Source: Antedon mediterranea (Eukaryota > Animalia > Echinodermata). From it: a DNA stretch of 64,000 bases. A model generated the notes under the pieces. It was not told where the DNA came from. It searched no databases and was given only the letters and a program-made list of their open reading frames with translations. This document shows positions 25,301 to 37,300 of the stretch, piece by piece. The stretch spans positions 32,122,437-32,186,436 of the forward strand of contig NC_092672.1 in the NCBI RefSeq assembly GCF_964355755.1. The letters are read 5' to 3'. A program made the translations under genes and the position numbers. Within the stretch, counting starts at the first letter, position 1, and the number at the start of each line of letters is the position of its first letter.

Positions 25301-28300
25301 AAAGATAAAACCAAACTCTATTTTCAGCATGGATTTACAAAATATAAATGTATAAAATTATTATTTTATAACTCCATGGTTTCAGTAAAGTGAAAATTTT
25401 GAATTTCCAATTATTAATGAGGGTACGTTTATTGTAAATACATAATAGAAAAATAACGCTTAAAAAAGAACGACGTTTCGACTCCATCATGGAGTCATTA
25501 TCAAGTCCAATGAATAAAATTTTAAAAAACAACTACCGTACTGACGCGGGTATAAGCCCACCCCCCTCGAATATGAAATCACGTCAAGTTTGGGGGGTGG
25601 GCTTATACCCGAGGATCCAAAAATGCAGATCGTCAAAAACAGCACATGTACACTGTGTATTCAGATCCACCATGCGAGCGAGCGCCCTCACGTGTACGAC
25701 GTTGCCTCTAAATCAAAGAACTTATAACACAAGAATCTCCTGTTCGTCCGAAGCGCGTAACAATTTCGAAAGGCATTGTGGGATAGAATAGAGCTATGGG
25801 TGGCGCCATTGTGAGCCATGGAGTAGGGCGCCCGCATCAAATTAGAAAGTCAAAATCATAGAGGGGATCTGCTAATGCTCTAGGGGGGATAGAGTAATTG
25901 ACTGAGGAGTAGGGCGCCCGCATCAAATTAGAAAGTCAAAATCATAGAGGGGTTCTGCTAATACTCTAGGGGGTAGAGTAATTGACTTCCTAGTTTGGAG
26001 GGGGCGCTGCTCCATGCTGTGAAATGGCGTCGCCCAGTTTGACCTTTTAACCCTGTACTTCCGATACTGTGTTTTGAATGCAAATTGAAGAACAGGAGAT
26101 TCTTGTGTTATAAGTTCTTTGCTCTAAATACACGAGGTGTAGAGTGTCGGAAAATTAAGTTTATAGTTCGTGTAATTTATCGTAAAATATCTTATTTTAA
26201 ACATCAATTTAACAAGAATTTATCAAGCAGAAAAGCAAGTATACAATGTTCGTTAAATAGAAATGTACCAAAGAAATTTAATAAGCTTGTTTATGGCAGC
26301 CGATACCAAATAGTGGTTTTCCGTTTTGGCGACTTGTAGCGTCGTGTGTGAAGCGATCTTCGACCGCGATGGAGTGTAAACAAAACAGGACCGCTAGGCC
26401 TCATATGGCCTAGCGTATATTAGCCTAGCTTGGTTATGATCAAAGGTAGGTGTATTCGGTGTATGGACGTCGCCAAATACAAAATAATGTATTACGACAC
26501 ACACTGTAGATCTTCGAATTAATGGGTGGGCTTATACCCGAGTGCCTCATTTTTCATGAAAATTAGTCGAAAGTTGGGGGTGGGCTTATACCCGAGTATG
26601 GGCTTATACCCGCGTCAGTACGGTAATTAAATAACAAGCCATTTATTTAATTAGTTGTTTTTTTTAAATTTCATTCATTGGACTATGATGGAGTCGAAAC
26701 GTCGTTCTTTTTTAAGCGTTATTTTTCTGTTATGTATTCCAATTATTATTATCTAAATTTATATTATATTTAATCATGGTTTTGCTCTCTTTCTTTGACT
26801 GACACAACTAATAAATTGAAACTTTGAAATAAAACTTTCACTGCCCTTCATCATGTAATATGTTACACTTTTTAAATGTCTTTCTAAAATAAAACGTTTA
26901 TGTGAAAACTCTTATTTCTTAACAAATTGTTTTATTTATATTCAATGACACATATGAATTTAATCAGCCACAAAAGGCTGCTGGCTAATTCTTTCAATGT
27001 ATTTATCATATTCTTTCCTCTTTTCACTTTCGAGACATGGCCATACTGTATAACTGTAGCATCATAGCACTCAATGAATTCACATTGCATCCTGTCTTAG
27101 GGGAAATTTAATTTCTTTTTCTCGAAAACTATTAGTAAGTTTAAACGCTGCTGTAGAGAAAAATCAGTTTGCTACAGTATGAATATTTAAAATGTCTAAC
27201 CAGTAATGAACATTTAAAATGAGAATGCCATCCAAGAAATAGAATATACTGTATAACACAGTTTTATTACTTACAAGGAAAAATATTATTTAAAAAAATT
27301 GTTTAGCAATATTGCTAATCAAACTGATTTTTTGCTACACAATTTTCAAAATGTGTAGCAATAAGGTTGTTTTGTATAGCTTTTTGCTCTGCTACACTGG
27401 CGAAAATGTTCCCTGTCTTAAAGTATATTTAAGATTTTAATTTCTCTTTCTCAAAATTATATTAAAACATTTAAAATGAAAATAGCAAGAAATAAAAACA
27501 ATTTTATTTATTTGAAAACAACAAGGAAAACTTGAAATATATTATTTAAAATTTAATTTCTCTTTCTCAAAACTATTAGGGTAAAACGTTGCTGTAGAAT
27601 AAAAACAAGTATGGCATGCTATAATATTGAAATTGTCTAACCAGTGTTGTTTAAATTTAAAATAAAAATACCAAGAAATAAGAAAAACAATTTTATGTTT
27701 TCATGTTATTAGAAAATGGGATTATACCAGAAGATGGTATTTAATTTTATTATAATGATAATATTAATATTTAAAGAAACTAAGAAAACCTGAAAATAAA
27801 TATTCAGTCAAATGGTAAAGTGTTTGAGCACAAACAATGTAGAGCACATCAGGTTTTTTAAAAAATAGCAGAACAGTTTGATGAATATTCCTACACTGAT
27901 TACTCTTCAGTACTTGATTATTACAGCTTGGCAGGTCTTTTAATCAAATTCAATTTATAATTCCAAGAAACCACCGTACTCATCCATTAAGTCACTTGCA
28001 TGACCTTTGACCTTTTCTGTAACACACTGATCACCATTTTCCATCCAATATGGTAGGATATTTTAACTTATCATTAATATTTAGTAATAAATGAATATTT
28101 CACTATTAATGTCATTTTGATAAACTGGTTATTGTTTCTGTTTTGTTTCGGTCATTAACAAATTCTTATTTTCACTTTAGTTTTTTTTCTAATCCACATA
28201 ATAAAACACAGTATCACATGATGTCAAGTGTAATAATACCAACAAAATATCACCATCACAACTGTGGATTGTAATTATCAATAGGTAGAACTTTTATTGA

Positions 28301-31300
28301 GGATTTTCATTCAATATCAATAGCCAATTCAAAGTCTAAATGCTTATATAAACATTTCAGCAATAAAATAACTTGTAATGTAAAAGGGATGTACTGTATA
28401 ACATGTATACCTCCCTGGTAAAATCAACTGTAGTTGAAAATACGTTTGTACTTGTACTATACTTTTTTAATCTTTCATGTAAAAGTAAACCCACTTAAAT
28501 TTCTCTTAAACAGCCAAATATAGAATTTCATCTTTAAAAAAATATCAGATCTCAATGTGAACGTGTCTTGAAAATGGGGAAACTAAAATGTAGGCAGGGG
28601 ACAGAAACCCCCAGGATAAACCAAGCCATCTTATGCCAGACACACACTCAGCAATATAGTAACCAGCATATTCAAAGTGAATGTTTTGATCTCAATTTCA
28701 CATGATATAAGATCTTCAACGATCATGTGTTTCCTATAACAGCATGTTAATATACTCCAACTTGTGAATCAATAAATCAATCATATTACTAGATTAATTT
28801 TTACCCCAAACACCAGCTGCTGTTTTCCATCAGCTGTAAGTTTTAATTACGAGAGTTGTTATACAGTAAGGTATGTGCCTTGGCATTTGCAAACCCGAAA
28901 ATAAAGTAGTGTTGACTTGTCCGCTTGTGAACTGTGATCACGTATAGATTTATTAGTTTGAAGTTTACTGTTATAGAGGTTTAGTAAGTGGGTTTTCTTC
29001 TAGACCTGCATACATTTATTTCAAAGAGAAATAATCTGTGAAAGCCTAATAGTAAAGGATAAAAAGAGTGTCGAGTCGAGTGGTCGAGCGTTTAAGGCAG
29101 TGAGCCGCAAACCATAGCTATACAATTGACGCACATTTAAGTCACTTCTTGACCATCACTTCTTGACCATTGTTCTGGTGGTAGGACAAGTCTTCTAGGA
29201 TAAAGGACTTACAATTTTAGGTCCAGTGTACACATCTGGCTCGTGTGCAGTTCATTCTTCGTTAGAGTAGGAGGTCACCCAGTGTACTGGTTCATTCAGC
29301 CTGTCATTGTGGACACACGAAGAGCGATGTTTGGTGATTTCCCCCACATAGTACAGTACAACAATACGTTTTAGTTTTAAGCCAAAAGGGATTGATAGTG
29401 GGTACAACTTATCATATAAGGATGTACTGTTGAGATCGGTTAAACTTGGTGTAAACAATTAGGGGGGGGGCGGAAATACTGTGTTACAGTATATTGGTTA
29501 TGAAATTTAGGGTGTTGATTTTGGTGTACTGTCACGCTATTGTGTCATAGCATCACTGCAAACATCAATGAGCATTTCAAGTCCATAATTATAATAATAG
29601 TGCTGTAGTATAGATTCATGGGTTGTTTATATAAAAATGGTGTGATGGCTATAAACACTAGTGACAATCAATACAAACTACACAAACATTGACGTTTGAT
29701 TTATATGCTAAACAAATGGAAAAGAGAATCTGTACTATTTTCTCCTTACCTAAACTAACCACTTCCTATAATAATTGCAATACATGAGAAAAGGGGCCTG
29801 GATTCAGAATCGTAATCCAGCAATTGTATGATGATTGTATTATAGTGCGTATTATATAACACCTATATAAATTCCTGTCATTTGATTGGACGAATGTGGG
29901 TCACATGGCGTGCAATAGTACGCACTATTCAACGATCGTTAAATAGTACTTTTTGAAACATTTTTGTGTACGAAAAAAAAACGTCTAGATGTTATATAAA
30001 ACAAATAATGAATGTTTTGTATTCGTGTAATGGTACAAATAATGGCACTTGGTGAATGATGAAAGGTTATATCAACTCGGCTTTGCCTCGTTGATATAAC
30101 CTTTCATCATTCACCTCGTGCCATTATTTGTACCATTGCACTCATAAACATTCATTATTTGTATACTATTGCACGCCATGTGACCCACATTTGTCAATTC
30201 AAATATGACAGGAATTTATTTAGGTGTTGTGTAATACTGTATATTATTTTGTTATTTCCTACTAGAGTATGGTCAATCATGGCTACGTATATTAATATAG
30301 TTTACAATAAATTCTGAAGTCTGCAGTATCTATTGTCTAAAGCTATGGCTACACTATCAAAATATTTTGAGTATTGACAAAAAAAGTGTGCCCAAATATG
30401 GTGGTGTTATACCCAAATATGGTAGTGATATGACATGTCCATATATGGGCACATCCCATTTTTTTGTCACAAAGTTTGATAAGGTAGACAGAGCTTCACA
30501 TCATAATTAAATCTTTCTTGATTGTGATTGCTCCAATGTGGGATGTTTAATAGGGTCAGAATAGTTGTTAATTAGTTGGGAAGATAACTTTGCAATGCTT
30601 TGAATTGGTTCAAAAAATATATATATATATTTTTTTTTAAATGAAATATTTAGTATATTAGTGAGTATAGGTATTTGTGTTACAGGCCTTGTATTTTGAA
30701 AATGATAGGTGTGCTACAAATTGTACACCTCGATACATTCAGTGGTGCTGTAAAAGCGTGTTGTAAATCGCACATCTCATAGGCAGTTTAGGAGTGTGTT
30801 AGCACCTAAAAGACAAGGCCTGGTGTTATATTGTAAAGTTGGATGCATGAAATTTACCCATTCAATTCTTGGTACTGTATTTCGAAAGTAAACTTATACT
30901 GCAGATGTTGTTTATTCATTGATAATGAGAAGAATATCCGAGTAAACGCTGTTATTGTTTCGAAATTTTCTAAAACGAAACTGTGCTACAGCAGTCGACA
31001 CCAGGAAATAAAATATTAATAACCGAGACCTGGTAAAATTAATAATTATAAACAGAAACCACTTTAACAACAGTTAATATTTTAAAGTAGCTAACTGCAA
31101 TAAGCATAGAATATATAATGATGTAAAAAGAGACATTTTTATATCCATGTCAGATTGTTAATTGCTTGTAAAACTAATAATTATAAACAGAAACAATCTA
31201 ACAGTTAATAATGTTTTAAAGTAGCTAACTGCAATAAGCATAGAATATTGTACATATTATAGTGATGTAAAAAGAGTGACATTTTATATCCATGTCAGAT

Positions 31301-34300
31301 TGTTAATTGCTAGCCTGGTGGTATCTAGTGATATGATTGGCCTTTTCACAACAGACAGGATGGCGTCTAAACTTCTACTGCTATGCCTTTTATATATGCC
31401 CCATTAACATAATGATATTGAATATACTCAGTTAGTATTACACAATTGTTGATATAGATACTATGGTATGCATTTGAATATTCTACGATTCTGTAACGTA
31501 GGATCGCATAATGAGGAAGTAAATTAAACGGGTTGGATTCCAAAAAAATGATATTTCCTCGTAGTATTAAATAAACCTTCAGATACGAAACAAAAATGTT
31601 TAATTTACTATTAGTATTACTAATCATAAAAATTAATTCCGATATTTTATCTTGGAAATTTTAAAGTATTTTTTGAATTAATATAACATTTGCCAATTTC
31701 AGGCTACGTCTAGAACGTGTCTAAATTATTTAAATTATATGAATCTCTCGGAAAAGTAAATCACGTATTTAAAATCAAAATATAATTCTAAGGGTGCCAG
31801 CATTTGGAATAACCTAGAAAATTAAATTGAGTGGCAATAAACTTTTTAGTTTCATGTCAAGGGTTTATTTATTTTGTTTACAATATGAGGGTCTTTTACT
31901 AATTACATGAGATAACTACAGTATTAAGTCCAGTTGCCTGTGTACTACTAAAACACCTCACAACTGGGACTTCTGGCTTACAAGCTATAGGGCTTCACTG
32001 TCTTTTTAGAAGCCCAATAAGACGTTTTTGTCAAACAAATAACACACAGTTTTGATGGAAAATATAAATACTTTTTCCATTTTAAAAACTGAAAACAACA
32101 AGGACTGTAACTAGTAATAGACCTTAAATAACAGTGGCCAGTTTGTTTGTCTCAATTTTCCCAATCTACCTTTTTTATTATGACTTGAAAAAGCGGTCAA
32201 ACGGGCAAGACGCTACAATAGTTGACTCCAAGGCTGTTGGATAACTTACCGCTATTTTGCATTGCAGCTAAAAGTTGCATAGTCGTTTAATGGTGCTCCA
32301 ACACCCAATCGTTTGTGCATATTTGCCATTGTCTTGAGAATGTCATTAAACTGGTTATTTTGATAGAAATTATAAATTATTTTTGTTTTTTTATAATGAG
32401 ATTTCATAGAATTTGAAAAATATGATTTTGTAATTATTTAAAATTGTTTTAACTACCATGTCGTGAAATTGAAAAAATATATTATAGGGAGACTGATGTT
32501 CAATTATTACACTTGGAAACAGTATTTATAACTTTTGTTGTAATTTATAGCCGAATTTTAAATGGTGATAGCTCTGCTTGCGGAGACACGAATTAATGTA
32601 TAACCATTTCCTTGCGTACAAAACAACAGTTAATATCGTTGTCAGCTTCAATAAATTTTAAATTTGACTTTTTTATATTAGAAATTCATTAAGTTTTTCT
32701 ACATAGCGTGCACATTATTACTTTTTGACAATTAGTTTTCACAGGTAAATTCGAAACTTGTATTTTGTTGAATATAAATATGGGGCATTGAAATCTAAAG
32801 GTAATGTGTTACAACAGTCGTCTGAAATATTGTAGATTGTTTTTTATTGTTGATAGGATACAGTAGAAGTCTTGACAATTTTGAAACAAAGGTATAGCAT
32901 AATCGTTCTCACAATCTGGCTAAATTAAAAATATGAACATCTAAAACAACTAGTGACAAAATTACTGGTTATTCAATTTTATAGATAATTTAAAATTGAA
33001 AAAAAATCATCTTCCAACAAATATTATTTGATGATAATTTTAATGTAACCTTTTTCTTTTACCATAAATTAAATTATTATCAAATAATAGATAATTTAAT
33101 TATCATATTTTTACATTTTAGAAGATGATTAAATTGTCTTTATTTAAATCCGATTTCATAAATTTGTGATAAAAACAATATTAATAATCTGTTAAAATAA
33201 AAAACACAAAATACATAATTTATGTGTTATCTTTTCCGTCTGACCATATGCTGCTAACCAATAGAATATCAACAGCCTATTAATTATTAACGAACTCTAG
33301 AATAATCTACCGCCAGAAACCTTTGGTATTCATTGTTTCTGAATTCTAGATACAGAGGAAGTTAGATTGATATTAAACGCATTTCAAAGTTAAATATTCT
33401 TTCCCTACAGGACGTATGGAGCTTATCTCCTTTGTTAGCAAAAGCTCATCAAAGCACCAATTTACCACAAGGAGTACCATGTGCTTTTCTCTTGTCCATG
33501 GGATTCTTGACTACATAGGAGGTTGTAGTGTATTTCAGAGTACTGTATTATACCGTAGATACTGTATAATCATTTTTCTCATAATGAGTAAATTAAACTA
33601 CTCCAATTAAAACAAAAATTTAATAAATTATTTTAAAACAGATGTGACCAAACATTTTCAATTTAATATGTAATTTGTAATTTAATTTTTGTTAAATTTT
33701 TAAAATTTACAATTTGAGCTATGCAGGAAAGAAATTATAAATAGAAGTGAGACCACACATTTTAAATTTATTTTTTTTTAATGTAAAATGTTTAATAAGA
33801 AAAATTAAATTTGAACTATGCAAAAAAAAAAAACAATTGGGAGAAACTACTGTATCTACAGTACAGGTATTCTAATTAAAATTGTATTAGAAATCAGTCA
33901 ACTTTTTAATTGAGCCAGCCTTTTGAAATTAAAAAAAAGCTGTTAAAAGAAAGAACACTTTCCTTAGAAAGTGAGCTTATGATTTAGCATCGCACAAAAT
34001 AATTATTTTTAGGCTTAATATTGTTTGTAATTTTTTCTGCCGAGTGATTGTATGATTGTCAATAAGTACAGTAGTTGAGACTAGTACAGGTCATTAATAT
34101 TCATACATTACCACCAGTCTTTATTTAGAAATGACTTCCATCATCATGATACAGTACTTTAGTTTACTTGATCAACCAATCAAATTTATAGAGTAGTAGG
34201 AAGTTATGAAATTTATTATTATTATTATTATTATTATGTACTTCCTCATCGACCTGCACGCAGGCAAATTACCCCCTTCCCCCTTTCCTATCCATTTCTC

Positions 34301-37300
34301 ATAAGTTTGTTCATAAAAAACGTACTGTATTTCTTCTAAAATATAGGCCCTACTCTGAAAAAATGGTACAAAAGAAATGTTCACATCATTGGAAGCGGAA
34401 TTTTATGGAGAATAACATATCCAAAATTGACAAAAATCCATCATGGGGAAAAATATTTAGTGTCGGGGTTATTACCAGCAACATTTTGAGTGAGAACAAA
34501 AATACAACTTAAACAGTAAACCAAGAACTAGCACGGTTATGTAACTATATTTACCAGGGGCCGTAGCGATCAATTATAGATCACATGATTATGTTATGGT
34601 CATGTGATCAATCAAAGAGCATGTGACCAATTAAGCCAGGCGTGATCATTTATTTAAACTGATTGCTACTGTAGTCCTTATGACATGCATTACACACAGA
34701 CTGCAATGGCTGGATTCTATACTGTGATTTAACATTATATTGACTGTTGATTACTGTTTAAATAATTTAAATACACAGTACTGTTACATAGACCTTTAAC
34801 TTATATTATAGGTCCATGCTTTTATTTTAATTATATTTAAAGCAAATAAACGGTAAAGATGAGTGTGTTTTTTAACAAGGACAGTTTATGAAAATTGTTT
34901 TAACATATTAGTTCACCAACAAGAAAACTGCAATAAGTTTGCACGCAGAGTTTGTTTTAAGAAAGTTAGTTTCAGAGAGTTTTATATCAAACTAGAGCCA
35001 TTACAGTAATACGATTTGACCAATTTAAAAATAAATATTAATGTGTTGCATAGTATAATGTATTCCACCACACAACATCTGCCAACTAATTGTAAAGGAG
35101 AGCTGAGCCTACAGTATGTTGAAATGATAAATCTTCAGATTTGGATCAGCTAACTGTACATCTATTATTTGTTGACCTACAGTCTTAAGCAAGGGACATA
35201 TTTGTAATCTGAAAACCAATCTATTTAGTTCCACCAGCTGCTGTGACTGTGAGTGCGTAATTCTCTCGAGTTTTCCGTCCGCCATTGGCCAGCATCGTTT
35301 CATTTCACTTTTGTAATGTTTGCCGCTAGTCTTTCACTGTTTCAGCAAATGGCAAATGTCAAACGTGTAATTTTCCATTTCGTAGTTCAGTGTAAAATAG
35401 AAAAGGTCATCCTTACACTTGATCTCAGTTTATGGAGTTGGACTCTGTGTTTCGGCCTGGCCATTTCACAAAGTAGAAGCCAGGTGATTGGTTGATGTGC
35501 CAGTGAGAACAGAGACTTGAACTCCATCCAGTTCTATCTGATTACTCAGTGAAATGTTGTTTGCTTGCCATTTTACTGTGCTTCATTTAGTAGAAGGGTC
35601 AGGGACATTTTCACAAAGGCTTAGAGCATATATTAGGGACCATGTTGAAAGTTTGATGACTTACCAATTTCAGTAGTGTTATGAAATATGAATATTAAGG
35701 GACCATGTTCTGAAGCGACGGCTTTAAAAAAAAATGATGTAATTGAAGTCGGCCAATGCTAGTCAGAGAGATAATGTCAAACTAATAATCTATGCATTTT
35801 TTAACTACAGTATACAGACATATATTATATTACCAGGCATTACTAATTTGCATTATAATACTGAATCATTGCTTTGAATACTAATAAGATACGGTAAACA
35901 GAATTGACTGGGTTTTTTTTTCAAAGTGAGCTTGTTAGACGGTTAATTGCTGTAGTCTTACTTTGGATCGTCATGTATCTGCCACCTTCTGTGTTTACAC
36001 TCGTGCCAAAGCAATGTTACTCTGTCTACACTATCAAATTAGTTTGACAAAAAAATGTGTAATGTGCTCAAATATGGTAGTGATATACCCAAATATGGTA
36101 GTGACATGACATCATCATGTCCATATATGGGCACATAACATTTTTTGGTCATATAAAGTTTAAAGTTTTTAAACATCAATACTGTACAACAAATTGCTAA
36201 TTTAAAATGAGCATTTTTTTGCTTAGCAACACATAAATAATTTTGTCTGGGCAACTATTTCTCAAATGTATTTTTCACTATTATTAATATTAGCAAACAA
36301 TTTTATTGATTTTATCATTAACGATGAGAAACATTCGATGACAAAAAATATTTGACATTTAAACTGTTTGTTATAAAAGTACGGCAAACCAATAAACAAG
36401 CACTTTTACCAGTGAGGTCATATCTACCATATGTTTTATTTATTTCAAAAGAATAAATAATTATTAATAACCTTCCCTGTGTACTTATATGGTATTAAAA
36501 TAGGACTTATAAACAAAATTTGAATAAATTTGAAAAGAAAATAGTTAAAAATTATTTTAATACCACAATGTACAGTTAAAACAGGTTGATGCACTATTTA
36601 TTCATCTTTGAGTACGCAAAGTAGCATATCATTTTATTTTAAACAAACCACCAGCATACTGTTTGTAACATTCTTAGCCGAAAGCTAAATTGCAAGTATA
36701 AAAAAAAATATACATTAAAAATTGATTCACAATTCATCGAGATAAAAAGTGTAAAAAACATTCTCACTAAAATCTATGCTGTAGATAGAAACGTGACAAA
36801 ATACAAAAAGTAGTATCTTGATTAAATATTTATTGTTGTTGTACACTATTATGCCTTTAAACTTTTCTGTAGATTGTGATTCAGAATAAAAAATAATGAC
36901 AGTAATTCAGCTAAAATAAAAACTTATTTATGAAAATGATCAAATAGATTAAAATTTGATTTCGAAAACTCCCAATATGGTGTGTTCCCGCAGAATTACT
37001 ACTGATAATCTTGATGTCCAAATAGATCTAAAGTGTGTAGTTAACCAAATCCAGAAATATTGGAATTTTGAAATGAAAAAAAAAATACTATTACGGTTAT
37101 TTATATCATAATAATCAAGTCTTTGAGGCATTTCTCAACTTTTAATTTTTTTTGTACTGTAGATGAAACTCATTGTGTCACACAAACCTTACTTTACTAT
37201 AAAAAAAAACTGCTTTTTTGGTGAGGTCCGACCTTCTGAATTTGCATTATCATGTTTCTGTTATTCCATCATGCTAGATAGACCAGAACATGTTACTAAG

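Larger units (their letters stand above)
25441..26735. mobile_element. Foldback element with Penelope-like (hammerhead-motif) arms, hosting nested MITEs
   Basis: 25441-25533 is the inverted complement of about 26653-26735 (AAAAATAACGCTTAAAAAAGAACGACGTTTCGACTCCATCAT). Confidence 0.7.

Noticed and set aside
29073-29160. Possible tRNA gene
   Set aside because: Only the A-box/D-arm-like part is recognisable, with no cloverleaf or intact T-arm; better explained as a SINE head.
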